DNA of 44,060 nucleotides, from assembly GCA_002869405.1 (NCBI GenBank), contig PKSY01000311.1, forward strand, positions 1 through 44,060. The letters run 5' to 3'. Below are positions 26,333 through 37,100 of the stretch, in pieces. How positions within the stretch are numbered: the stretch's first letter is position 1; every line of letters starts with the position of its first letter. The position numbers were made by a program, and so were the translations under genes. Under the pieces are notes generated by a model. It ran no database searches. It saw nothing but the letters and a program-made list of their open reading frames with translations, and had not been told where the DNA came from. The stretch is from Marinilabiliales bacterium (lineage in GTDB: Bacteria; Bacteroidota; Bacteroidia; Bacteroidales; BM520).

Positions 26333-29300
26333 ATGAGAATTAGAACCACTGCAGGGCTTTTAATTATACTGTGCCTTTCTTTATTTTCTTTATCAGTGTA
26401 TGCACAATACATTGATATCGACTATCCTACGGGTGATATTTGTCCGGGAGATGAAGTCTTATTTGTTAACAATTCCGCTAATCCGGGTGCTCATACCTGG
26501 CTTTGGACCTTTTGTAAAGCTGACCCCAATGAGGCTCCCGTTGGCGATCCCGAAATTAACTGGGACGAACTTTTACAATCACCTGTTTATCTCTCTTTGA
26601 ATGAAGATAATGGAGTTTTCTACTCTTTTATAAATAATTATTCAGAACTTGAATACAATAATAATTACCCTGGTAAGATAACACGATATACATATCCTGA
26701 ACTCGACGGACTTCCACAGGACCCTATAGATTTGATTATTGCGGGTATGCCTAAAAATCTGGAAGGGCTACAAATTGTGTATGATGAGTATGTTACTAAC
26801 AAATGGTACGGTTTTATTGTTGGTGGAAACCCGCTTTATAACTCCTCATACCTTGCAAGAATTGATTTTGGTGCCTCTCTTGATAATCCTTCTCCTGTGC
26901 TCACAATGCTTGTGGACGACCCCGGTTTTACAAACCTGAATTTCCCGCATGACCTCTATATCTTCTATGATGATGATAATGCTACCTGGCATGGATTTAC
27001 TGTAAATAAGGGTAGTGGTGAAGTAACACGTTTTGATTTTAACAATGGTATTAATCAGGTTCCGGATGTGGAAAACCTGGGTGACTTTGGAGGAATGCTA
27101 CAGGAACCTGTGGGTATCTTTCCAATTAGTGAGCTTGACGGTTCGGTGAATAACTGGCATGTGTTTGTTACTGACTATGTTGGAGGTCTGTTTCGTCTTG
27201 ACTTTGGATCAGATCTATTGAATAGCAGTCCTGTATGTTCTTCTGTTACAACTACCAGTACACAGGATATCCTGCATATGCGTGATTTATCCCTTTTTCG
27301 CAGTTGTAATGAAATTTACGGCTATATAGTCTCCGGGGCAAACAGCAGCGAATATAATCTGGTATCACTAAGGTTTGATGATATTACACAGGATCCTATC
27401 TGTACGTCATACGGAACTCTGGGTAATTCCATAGAATATGGCCATAGTATAAGTGATGTGTTTCGCGTCGGAAGCGATTATTATGCAATGATATGTAATA
27501 TTGCTACAAAAAATATTACACGCTTGATATTGCCTTCTTGTGAGGCTGTAAACAACCACGTTTTCACAGGACCTCACCCTCCTGCAATTATTTACGACGA
27601 ATCCGGTCCCAAGCAGGTGGAGGTTATTACCGATTTTGGAACTCCTTTGCAGGAAAATAAATGTATCGATCTTTTTATCGATTTTCTGCCGTTTGAAGCT
27701 GATACTATTCATGGACCGGTGGTGGTATGTCCCGGTGATACGGTAATCTATTTTGTGGATCCTCTGGATTATGCTGACTCCTACAACTGGAGTTTTCAGC
27801 CGGGAATGAGCGGTACCACCGCTACTGATGAAGCAACTATTGAAGTGGCCATTAGCTCCTCTATCGCTCCGGGCAGTCATTCTATTGAAGTTTACGGAAT
27901 TAATCATTGCGGTAATGGCCCTGCATATATCATGGATATCCATGTGGACACTTCCACTTTGATCAATAATCACCCTATTGATATCCTTGCCGTGGATGAA
28001 GGCGATGCCGCTCAGTTTTCTGTGATCGCTGAAGGTACAAACCTGATGTATCAATGGGAGGAGAGCCGTGACGGTGGAGCTACCTGGAATGCACTTACCG
28101 AAACCTATCCTTATTCAGGCGTTTATACCAATACGCTGGTTATTCAGGATGTAGAATCCACCATGACCGGATATGAGTACCGATGCAAGGTTTATGGAAG
28201 TTGCGCTCCGATTGAAATCGTATCCGGAGAATGTATCCTTGTTGTGGGATCCCTGCTCACCACTGTTGGTGTTGCCGGCGCTGAGGCATGCCCGGAAAGT
28301 GATGTTGATATACCTGTAGATATTGTAGGCTTTAGCCAGGTGAATGAACTTGAACTTAGAATTACTCATCCCACAGAGCTTGAATATCTTGGTTTTAGCA
28401 ATGTTCATGCACAGCTAAGCGGACTTACCGTAAATTCCCCAACACCGGGAGTAATTGAAATAGCATGGGACGGCACCAGCGGACAAACCATACTTTCCGG
28501 AAAGATGGTTAATCTTATGTTCCATACACATGTTGGAGCAGGGTGTGATTTTTCTTTTGATGAAGCTTATTGTGCCTATTATACTGAAGGGACAAAGCTT
28601 GAAGATGAGTATCAGCAGCATACTTTTACGATATTGCCACTTCCTCAGACGCCATCAATACCATCCGGTATTGTCGACCGCTGTGAAGGTTCTGAGGTGA
28701 TTTCCTATGATGTGCCGTCTCCAATGTATACCGATTCTTATAACTGGGTGTTGTATCCTCCTGAGGCCGGTTCAATAACCGGTACTTCCAATCCTGTTGC
28801 GATTACCTGGGACGAATATTTCCATGGAAATGCATGGATAAAAGTTAAAGGCAATAATGGTTGTGGTGAGGGTGCTTTCAGCGACAGCCTTCAGATTATT
28901 ACCAATCCTTTACCTTTAAAAGCTGCGGTTCCGTTGGGTGATACTAACCTTTGTGAGGCCGGACCGGCAACGCAGTATACCACATTGGGTGGTAACTATG
29001 CCGATACATACCTTTGGTCGATTGAGCCACCTGCTGCGGGAACTGTGACCGGAACAGGAGCTACCTGCGAGGTTTTCTGGGATCCTGAATGGGTTGGAAT
29101 GACAACATTAACTGCCTTGTCGCAAAACGGATGTGGCGATGCCCGTGAAAAGAGTGATGCTATTTTCATTGATGTTAACCCACTTCCTGAGATTGACATC
29201 TGGGCCTCCGATACAGTCACTTACCTGGATGCACCGGTCTCTTTTGACGCTGATGTATGGCGCGGAGCAGAACCCTATTCCTATCACTGGGATTTTATGA

Positions 29301-29734
29301 ATGAAGGATGGTTCTCATCTACTCCTGACACTACTATTATTCCTGATGATCCTTATCATGAATACATTCTTACCGTTGTCGACAGTAATAATTGTGTTAT
29401 GACATCCAAAATAGCAGTTAAGATTCTGCTGCCGATGTTTATGCCGAATGCTTTTACTCCGGATAACAACGGGCTAAATGATACTTTTAAAGGTTTTGTT
29501 ACCGGAAATGTTGAAGGTGTGAAATACAGGATGTTTGTGTATTCCCGTGAAGGAACTCAGGTTTATTATGAGGAAGGCAACGAGTTTTCCATGATGACAG
29601 GCTGGGACGGGACTTTTAAAGGGCAGAATTGCTCTTCCGGGGTATACATCTATATGTTGTATTATGAAATCATGGGATATGATGGAATTGAAGGAGAGCA
29701 GCTCCTGAAAGGATCATTCACTCTCCTCCGTTAA
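26333..29734 (+). CDS. Large T9SS cargo protein with type-B (gliding-motility-associated) CTD; propeller-like, Ig, cohesin-like and PKD-like domains
   Basis: Signal peptide VYA-Q; C-terminal MPNAFTPDNNGLNDTF...GWDG...SGVYIY...KGSFTLLR; three 'G...C.G....Y.......SYNW'-type PKD-like units. Confidence 0.88.
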   Translation: MRIRTTAGLLIILCLSLFSLSVYAQYIDIDYPTGDICPGDEVLFVNNSANPGAHTWLWTFCKADPNEAPVGDPEINWDELLQSPVYLSLNEDNGVFYSFINNYSELEYNNNYPGKITRYTYPELDGLPQDPIDLIIAGMPKNLEGLQIVYDEYVTNKWYGFIVGGNPLYNSSYLARIDFGASLDNPSPVLTMLVDDPGFTNLNFPHDLYIFYDDDNATWHGFTVNKGSGEVTRFDFNNGINQVPDVENLGDFGGMLQEPVGIFPISELDGSVNNWHVFVTDYVGGLFRLDFGSDLLNSSPVCSSVTTTSTQDILHMRDLSLFRSCNEIYGYIVSGANSSEYNLVSLRFDDITQDPICTSYGTLGNSIEYGHSISDVFRVGSDYYAMICNIATKNITRLILPSCEAVNNHVFTGPHPPAIIYDESGPKQVEVITDFGTPLQENKCIDLFIDFLPFEADTIHGPVVVCPGDTVIYFVDPLDYADSYNWSFQPGMSGTTATDEATIEVAISSSIAPGSHSIEVYGINHCGNGPAYIMDIHVDTSTLINNHPIDILAVDEGDAAQFSVIAEGTNLMYQWEESRDGGATWNALTETYPYSGVYTNTLVIQDVESTMTGYEYRCKVYGSCAPIEIVSGECILVVGSLLTTVGVAGAEACPESDVDIPVDIVGFSQVNELELRITHPTELEYLGFSNVHAQLSGLTVNSPTPGVIEIAWDGTSGQTILSGKMVNLMFHTHVGAGCDFSFDEAYCAYYTEGTKLEDEYQQHTFTILPLPQTPSIPSGIVDRCEGSEVISYDVPSPMYTDSYNWVLYPPEAGSITGTSNPVAITWDEYFHGNAWIKVKGNNGCGEGAFSDSLQIITNPLPLKAAVPLGDTNLCEAGPATQYTTLGGNYADTYLWSIEPPAAGTVTGTGATCEVFWDPEWVGMTTLTALSQNGCGDAREKSDAIFIDVNPLPEIDIWASDTVTYLDAPVSFDADVWRGAEPYSYHWDFMNEGWFSSTPDTTIIPDDPYHEYILTVVDSNNCVMTSKIAVKILLPMFMPNAFTPDNNGLNDTFKGFVTGNVEGVKYRMFVYSREGTQVYYEEGNEFSMMTGWDGTFKGQNCSSGVYIYMLYYEIMGYDGIEGEQLLKGSFTLLR

Positions 29735-29742
29735 GAAGTTTG

Positions 29743-30516
29743 CTAGAATCGTCTGTCACCGCCAAGAATACCACCGAGGATATCACCTCCGATTCCTGCT
29801 GCACCCTGTTTTTCTCCTCTGTTGTGACGGGCACTTGCTGCCATGATTCTGTCTGCCAGTCTGCTGAAAGGTAAGCTTTGAAGATATACTTTGCCGGGTC
29901 CGGTGAGTGTTGCAATAAAAATACCTTCACCACCAAACAGCGCATTTGTAAAACCTCCGACGAACTTAATGTCATAATCTACAGTAGGAGCAAAGGCTGC
30001 AATACATCCTGTATCGATACGGAGCGTTTCGCCGGCCTGGAGATTTTTGCTGATTACGGTTCCACCTGCATGCACGAAGGCCAGACCATCACCTGTGAGT
30101 TTTTGAAGTATAAATCCTTCACCACCAAACAGCCCTGCACCAAGTCTTTTTGAGAACGCAATATCAATATCAACACCTGCGGCTGCGCATAAGAAGGCAT
30201 CTTTCTGGCAAATGAAAGTTCCGCCAAGTTCAGTGAGGTCGAGCGGGATTACTTTTCCGGGGAATGGAGCGCCAAAGCCCACATATCCTTTTCCATTGCC
30301 GTTTTGTGTGAATGTGGTGATAAAAAATCCATCCCCGGTGAGCATTCTTTTAAAACCTTTAAAGATACCTCCGCCGGTGTTGGTTTGCATCTCAATACCA
30401 TTTGTCATATACATCATCGTACCTACTTCAGCCCGAACACCTTCGCCGGGGTCGAGGCCTACCTGTACAATTTGCATATCATCGCCATAAATTTTGTAAT
30501 CGATAATATCTGCCAT
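29743..30516 (-). CDS. TIGR00266 / AIM24-family protein
   Basis: IYGDDMQIV, AEVGTMMYM, CQKDAFL, FGGEG twice, GPGKVYLQSLPFSRLA. Confidence 0.92.
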   Translation of the reverse strand: MADIIDYKIYGDDMQIVQVGLDPGEGVRAEVGTMMYMTNGIEMQTNTGGGIFKGFKRMLTGDGFFITTFTQNGNGKGYVGFGAPFPGKVIPLDLTELGGTFICQKDAFLCAAAGVDIDIAFSKRLGAGLFGGEGFILQKLTGDGLAFVHAGGTVISKNLQAGETLRIDTGCIAAFAPTVDYDIKFVGGFTNALFGGEGIFIATLTGPGKVYLQSLPFSRLADRIMAASARHNRGEKQGAAGIGGDILGGILGGDRRF

Positions 30517-30619
30517 AGATTAAAATTTTGACTTTAGAAGTTTTTTGAGTGATAAAGTTACACGAAAAAATATTTTCATGGAAAGTGATATTTTTATTTC
30601 AGGAAATGAAAAAATGTAT

Positions 30620-30627
30620 TATTTTTG
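30620..30627 (+). promoter_or_regulatory. -7 promoter element (TATTTTTG) for tRNA-His
   Basis: TAnnTTTG 12 nt upstream of the tRNA. Confidence 0.7.
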
Positions 30628-30639
30628 CAAATCGAAAAT

Positions 30640-30714
30640 GGTGATTGTAGCTCAGTTGGTTAGAGCGCTGGATTGTGGTTCCAGAGGCCGCCGGTTCGAA
30701 CCCGGTCTTTCACC
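30640..30714 (+). tRNA. tRNA-His (GTG)
   Basis: Cloverleaf with G-1/C73, D arm GCTC...GAGC, anticodon arm CTGGA-TTGTGGT-TCCAG and T arm GCCGG-TTCGAAC-CCGGT. A full CCA is not encoded. Confidence 0.97.
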
Positions 30715-30722
30715 CACGCACG

Positions 30723-30753
30723 AGGCTTTCAGAAATGAAAGCCTTTTTGTTTT
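30723..30753 (+). terminator. Intrinsic terminator after tRNA-His
   Basis: AGGCTTTCA-GAAA-TGAAAGCCT followed by TTTTGTTTT. Confidence 0.88.
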
Positions 30754-30967
30754 CAATAACGAAAAAACAAGCATTACTCGGATCAAGGGAATAAGTTGGG
30801 TCAAGTAATGTAGAATTACACAGAGTTTATTTTTATTTTCCTTGATTAAATCGCATTTAAACCTTCAATAAATCTGTTCTAATCACCCATTGGTTTTGGG
30901 GTTTTCACAGTGTACCACGGAGTCCCAAAAACTTTCGGGATTCCTGCTTCGCAGAAAAGAGGTCCCT

Positions 30968-31060
30968 GTTGCTTAGCATCTTGCAAAAAGCAGACACCTC
31001 TAAACCTTTAATCAGATCCATAAAAAGTAATCAGTGAAGCTCGCATGGATGCTTAGCAAC
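30968..31060. repeat. 13-bp imperfect inverted repeat pair, 80 bp apart
   Basis: GTTGCTTAGCATC (30968-30980) and GATGCTTAGCAAC (31048-31060) are 12/13 complementary; each contains the odd palindrome TGCT-T-AGCA. Confidence 0.55.
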
Positions 31061-31153
31061 TATAACAACACCAGGTAGTTGGATTTTGCGCATATCTTTG
31101 CGTCATAGCGCCTTACCGGTAAAAAAGGATCAGGTGCAAAAGTTGGTTTGCCG

Positions 31154-34090
31154 CTATTTTTTCGGGATTAGACTTCTGATTAGTTTGAAGAGTGCATCTT
31201 TCTTTATTGGCTTGGATATATAACCATTGCATCCTGCAGACATGGCTTTCGACTCATCTTCCTCAAATCCGAAAGCTGTTTGCGCTATAATGATAACATT
31301 TTTTCCTTCTTCTCTGATTTTTCGTGTTGCATCATATCCATTGATATCAGGCATTTTTATATCCATCAGAATGATATCTGTATCTGGGTTATTATGAAAC
31401 GCTTCAATAGTTTGACGACCAGTCTTGGTGAAAATCAGTTCCTTAAATGTGCTTTCAAGTATGGAGCGGAAATATTCTATGCTATATTCATCATCTTCTG
31501 CGATAATTATTTTCAGGTCTTCCAGAGGTTCTGACGAATCTTCGTGTGAGAGATGAGTTTGTTCATTTGCAATGTCGTTGGCTGTAACATAGGGTATTGT
31601 AAAAGAAAAAACAGACCCTTTATTTACGCTGCTTTTTACCGAAATTTCTCCGTTTAGCATCTCAATATATGCCTTTGATATTGCAAGGCCTAAGCCCGAG
31701 CCTTCAAATACTTGCGTGTCTTCAATGTCTGCTTGTTCAAACCGGTTAAAGATAGCATCTATTCGGTTTTCCGGAATTCCTATCCCTGTATCCTTAACAA
31801 AAAACTCTAAAGTTTCTTTTTCTTTGAGCTTTGTGCAACCAAATGTAATGCTTCCTTTAGAAGTAAATTTTATTGCATTTTTAATAAGGTTTGTCAATAC
31901 ATTTTCTAGCTTTCGTTTATCAGTCATTATTTGAGAAACATCCTGCGAAAGTGAAGAGTCATAACTAAATTGCAATCCTTTTTTACCTGCCTCCGTTTCA
32001 AAGAATTCGAATTGCTCTTGTAAAACTTTATTAATATCCGTGATCTCATAAGATATTTCATCCTGCCCGGATTCGATTCTGGAGATACTAATAATATCAT
32101 TTATGGTTCCCAGCATACGCTGGCCGCTTTTTTCTATAATATCAATATAGTTCTCTTTTTCTTCACCTGATAGTGCCGGTTCTTTAAGAAGTTGTGTGAA
32201 ACCCATAATCCCATTCATTGGTGTTCGGATTTCATGGCTCATATTTGAAAGGAATGCACTTTTAAGGCGATCGCTTTCCTTGGCTTTTTCTAAAGCAATC
32301 TTCAGTTTTTTCTCTTTTTCTTTTAAAGAAGTTATATCCCTTAGAATATATACCATTCCCTGTGGCCATCCCAGAGAATCTCTTACTACATCTCCATTCA
32401 CCGAAATTTCATAAGTTATATCTCCCCCGGCTTGCATTTTATACTCCTGAACTCCCAAAGGTGTTTCGAACATTAATTTAGTATTCTCTTCAATCCGCTG
32501 TTTGTCTTCTTCTGCAATGAAGCTTCGCATGTTCATACCAAGTACATGATCTTTTTTAAGGAAAGGAAAAGTTTTTGACAAAGCGTCATTTACAAAAATA
32601 ATATCTCCCTCAAGGTTTGTTCTGACAATGATATCAGGCACTGTAGCGATAAGTTTGTTTGTTAGTTCCTGGTTTTCCTTTGCTGTTTTTACTGCTTTTT
32701 TTAATTTCTTATTGCTGTTTTCAAGCGCTGCTTCATAGGCTTTCTTCTCCTCGAGAAATTTTATTTTCATTAATGCGATTGTTACCTGTCTTGCCACCGA
32801 ATTCATGAATTTAAGCTCTATAACAGACCATTCACGTTTCTGTAAAATCTGGTTTAGTGTAAAGACATAAAACTCGTTATCATCAAATGCAAAGGGATAC
32901 CATAAAAGACTTTTGATTTTGAATTTCTGATGTAATAATATGTGCGAATTATCCTGTTTGTATACAGGATCTATATCATCAAAATGACTCGAAAGGTGTT
33001 TTTTTGTATTAAGAATTCTGGTAAAAGGAACTTTATATAAATCAAGTGAGTAATTATCTTTTGTGGGCTCGATATCTTCATAACCTTTTCTAATCCATTC
33101 TGCCAGTGCGAATATCTGATTTTCCTTAAAGGAAATCCTGTATATAAGCGTTCTGTCTACGTCGAGTGTTTCAGCAATTATCCTGTTTGTATTGTCGAGG
33201 AGCTCGCCGGTATTATTGTTTTGAATAATAACTTCAGCGATTTCATTAAGTGCTTCAGAGAATTTTAGCTGGGTTTTAATCTCTTCCTGCCTGTTTATCT
33301 GGTCTGTGATATCTCGGCATATTACAATTGATTGCTGGTGTTCTCCATGCTCATCAAATTGAAATCTGGCATTATCTTCCCGCCAAATATAATGCCCTTT
33401 TTTATGCTTTACTCTGAATGTATACTTAAAAGATTCCTTTTTCTCTTCAATTGCCTTGTAAATGCTTTTGAAAAGATTATCTCGGTCTTCCGGGTGTATG
33501 ATATTATAAATTTCATCAGGTCCTCGGCCAACATCCTCATTTTTAGTATATCCGAGCTGATTTACATACGATTTAGAAACATATATAATCTTACCTTCTT
33601 TATTTGTAACGAAAATTCCGTCAGATGTGTTTTCAGCAATTAGTCTGTATTTTGACTCATTATCCTCGGCAATTTTGTGCGCCACAAGTAACTCCTTTTC
33701 ACTTTTCTCTAATTTGGTAATATCATTAATATAAGTAAGAAAATAGAGTGGATTCTCCTCTTGATCTAATAGAAGAGTTGATGATACATCAGCATGTATG
33801 ATTTTACCGCTTTTATGAATGTAACGTTTTAATAATTTTATTTTTCGTTGATCAGAGTTACGGGCTTTTTCAATTTGATTATAGCTGATTTCGATATCTT
33901 CAGGATGTGTGACATCTTTTATCTCCTTAGATAAAAAATCGGTTTTTGTATACCCAAAGAGATTAATCATCTCCGGATTCACATCAAGAAATTTACCATT
34001 TAATCCAACAATACAAATTGCAACATTGGCGTGCTTAAACGCTATTTCAAAATCAACATTCAAATGGAGGTCAGGGTTGTTTTCAGTCAT
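31154..34090 (-). CDS. Cytoplasmic PAS-PAS-GAF-PAS hybrid histidine kinase / receiver
   Basis: THPED and IHPED PAS motifs, GAF-like region, SHEIRTPMNG, NLIKNAIKF, DTGIGI, GSGLGL, REC with LMDIKMP. No TM segments. Confidence 0.93.
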   Translation of the reverse strand: MTENNPDLHLNVDFEIAFKHANVAICIVGLNGKFLDVNPEMINLFGYTKTDFLSKEIKDVTHPEDIEISYNQIEKARNSDQRKIKLLKRYIHKSGKIIHADVSSTLLLDQEENPLYFLTYINDITKLEKSEKELLVAHKIAEDNESKYRLIAENTSDGIFVTNKEGKIIYVSKSYVNQLGYTKNEDVGRGPDEIYNIIHPEDRDNLFKSIYKAIEEKKESFKYTFRVKHKKGHYIWREDNARFQFDEHGEHQQSIVICRDITDQINRQEEIKTQLKFSEALNEIAEVIIQNNNTGELLDNTNRIIAETLDVDRTLIYRISFKENQIFALAEWIRKGYEDIEPTKDNYSLDLYKVPFTRILNTKKHLSSHFDDIDPVYKQDNSHILLHQKFKIKSLLWYPFAFDDNEFYVFTLNQILQKREWSVIELKFMNSVARQVTIALMKIKFLEEKKAYEAALENSNKKLKKAVKTAKENQELTNKLIATVPDIIVRTNLEGDIIFVNDALSKTFPFLKKDHVLGMNMRSFIAEEDKQRIEENTKLMFETPLGVQEYKMQAGGDITYEISVNGDVVRDSLGWPQGMVYILRDITSLKEKEKKLKIALEKAKESDRLKSAFLSNMSHEIRTPMNGIMGFTQLLKEPALSGEEKENYIDIIEKSGQRMLGTINDIISISRIESGQDEISYEITDINKVLQEQFEFFETEAGKKGLQFSYDSSLSQDVSQIMTDKRKLENVLTNLIKNAIKFTSKGSITFGCTKLKEKETLEFFVKDTGIGIPENRIDAIFNRFEQADIEDTQVFEGSGLGLAISKAYIEMLNGEISVKSSVNKGSVFSFTIPYVTANDIANEQTHLSHEDSSEPLEDLKIIIAEDDEYSIEYFRSILESTFKELIFTKTGRQTIEAFHNNPDTDIILMDIKMPDINGYDATRKIREEGKNVIIIAQTAFGFEEDESKAMSAGCNGYISKPIKKDALFKLIRSLIPKK

Positions 34091-34131
34091 TCCTTTAAGG
34101 ATAAAAAACGTCTTTAAAAAAGCTTTATATA

Positions 34132-37100
34132 TTATGCGTCAATAATAAGGTTGGTGATTAGCCCCATAAATTGATCCTTTTGAATCGGTTTTGCTATATA
34201 TTCCGCAAATCCGTTATTCAGGCATTTATCCCTGTCGCTTGACATTGCATGCGCAGTCTGTGCAATAATTTTTGCCTTTGGATTAATTTTGAGGATTTCC
34301 TGTGCTGCCTTATAACCATCGAGAATCGGCATTCTGATATCCATTAACACCAATTCAATATCAGGATGATCTTTGTATATGTTAATTGCTTCAATACCAT
34401 TTCTCGCCCAATATGTTTTTAAAGGAATATTTTTAAACAACTCTTCCAAAAAGAGGTTATTGACATAATCATCTTCTGCAATGAGAAGTTCTTTTCCTTT
34501 CAGTAATTCCCAATCAGGTTTCGTAGATGAAATTTTATTGTGTTGGTCTATCTTTGCCGGAATAAATGGTATTTCAATTGTAAAGAGGCTTCCTTTGCCG
34601 TGTTGAGATTCAACATTAATAGTGCCATTGAAATTATCTATAATACCTTTGGTGATTGCAAGTCCAAGACCGGTACCATCATATTTTTCTTCATTTGTTT
34701 GGTCTGTTCGCTGAAATCGTTTAAAAATATTGGAAATATCTTTCCCGTCAATTCCAATCCCGGTATCAGAAACCTGAATTATTATTTTATCATTATTGAT
34801 ATTATATCCAAATTCAATCTTCCCTTTGTGTGTAAATTTCAGCGCATTACTTAAAAGGTTTGTCAGAATCTGTTTTATTCTCTCGGGATCGGAAAGAATA
34901 GTGACTTTTTGATGCTTTTTGGGGATATTGAGTATGATATCAATCTGATCTTTGCCTTTTTTCTCTTTGAGTTTATTAAATGTTTCATATAACTCTGTAA
35001 AAATAAGATCCAGACGGCAGGGTTTTTCTCTTAATTGTAATTCTCCTGCTTCAATCTTTGAAACATCAATAATGTCGTTTATGAGATTGAGCAATTGCCG
35101 GGAACTGCTTTCAATGATATCAATATATTTATTTCGCTCTTTTGCATTAAGCTTACTATCTCTTAGTAAAGCTGCAAAACCAACAAGGCCGTTCATGGGA
35201 GTACGGATTTCATGGCTCATATTGGCGAGAAACTGATTTTTATAGATGTTGGCTGCTTCTGCTTTTTTCTTGGCTTTCAGGAGCAACGAATCAGTATGTT
35301 TCTTTTCTGTGATTTCTGTAACAATCCCTGTAACAGTAATCCGATCATTATTTTTAGCAATAATCTGTCCGATATCCTGGAACCAAAGGTAATTACCATT
35401 TGCATGCTGCATTCGGTATTCACATTTGTATAGTGGTTCTTCACCGTCGATATGCTGCCTCATGGCATTCATGGCTGCCTCATGATCATCAGGATGCACA
35501 ATTTTCATGAAGTCTTTATAAGATGTGAAATCTTCTTTTCTGCGACCAAGAAGATCTGTTTTGTTTTTACTGTATGAAACGAAGCCATCCGGAAGGCGGA
35601 GTTCCCACCAGGCCATATTTCCTGCACTTAGTGCTTCGGAGAGTCTGATTTCTGATTCCCCGAGATCTTTCTCTGCTTTTTTTAAACTTGTGATATTCAC
35701 AAAGGTAATTACTACTCCTTCGATTCTTTTTTCTGCAGTTATAAAGGGTAAAATTCGCTTTAAATACCAGTTGCCTTCTCCATCTCTGATCTCCTTTTCA
35801 GAAGTCTGAAGATTCTCAAGTGCTGTTTTAGAATCATTAATCAACGATTTCCTGGTATCATCGTCAAATTCTGAAGCAAAACTGGATATACTTCTTCCAA
35901 TATCTGATTCTTCAAGATTAAAAAGATGTTTTATTGCCGGCGTAAATTTTCTGATATTCAGATCAGTATCAAGAAATAGTGTTCCAATATCTGTACTGTT
36001 TAGAAGGTTTAAAATGTCATTGTTGAGGTCTTCAAGCTCTTTGTTTTTTTCCTGAAACTCAGTATTAACGGTATAGAGCTCCTCATTAACCGACTGAAGT
36101 TCCTCATTGGAGATTTGTAATTCCTCATTGGATGACATAAGTTCTTCATTGGAACTTTGTAACTCTTCATTACTTGTCTCGAGCTCCTCCACGACGTTTT
36201 GTAATTCGGAACGATTCTCTTTTAGTTCATATTCAAGATCTTCTATTCTTTCCTTAGAAAAATTGGAAATATCATCATTCGATAAAACAATCTCTTCACT
36301 GGAATTTTCCTGTTTGCTGAATCCAAACTGAATCATATATACCTGGTCGTGAGTATCTTTATGCTCAACCTTTTCAAAGTAAAGATCCGTTGCAGTTGTT
36401 TCTTCATTAACTGTATATGTGAGATTCTTTATTGTGATTGGTTTGTCACTCTGTTCTAACCTTCTAACACCATTGCGTATAATGGTAGAAAGCTCCAGAC
36501 CAACCATGTCCAGCAGATTATTGGTAAACGTTCCGTCAACCTGTCTGAACCAGTTCTTGAATTCACCTAACATGAAATTGACCGTAAAAGATTTATCAAT
36601 AAACACTGTTACAGGAGCATGTTTTTGACTAAGATATTTGTAATAAAATAATTCACTCTGTTTACGTCCTGCCTGACTATTCTTTGCATAGGTGGTTAAT
36701 GGCTGCTCCGGAATATGTTTGTTTTTATACAAATACGTTTCTTTATCATCATTCCTGACCAGGCGGGTGTTTTCAAAGAGGTTTTGGAATATTTTGTATT
36801 TTGAATCAACGTCCCTGAAAGATTTTGAAACGCTTCCAAGTGATTCGCTACTTCCAAGAAATAGAAAACCATCTTTATTCAGGGCAAACTGAAATCCCGA
36901 TAGAATTGCTTTTTGGGTGGAATTATTAAGATATATAAGCAGGTTCCTGCATGAAATAAGATCTACTTTTATGAAAGGCGGATCGTTTGTTAGGTCATGG
37001 TATGAAAAGACAATTTTCTCCCGGATTCGCTTAATGATTTGAATCCTGTCGCCGGTTTTTAAGAAATATTCCTGTAGGTAAGGTTTTTCTATCTCCAAAA

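Noticed and set aside
27407-28054. 215-aa antisense ORF, representative of the many short nested ORFs in the track
   Set aside because: Fully nested opposite a well-supported CDS, with no recognisable protein features.
30545-30808. 87-aa ORF in the track
   Set aside because: It runs through the tRNA-His gene, its promoter and its terminator, so it is spurious.
30905-31021. 38-aa minus-strand ORF MDLIKGLEVSAFCKMLSNRDLFSAKQESRKFLGLRGTL
   Set aside because: No recognisable motif, TM segment or supporting signals; it overlaps the repeat and hairpin elements.
36065-36189. Possible CRISPR or VNTR array
   Set aside because: Degenerate 21-bp period with no spacers; explained by in-frame coiled-coil heptads.
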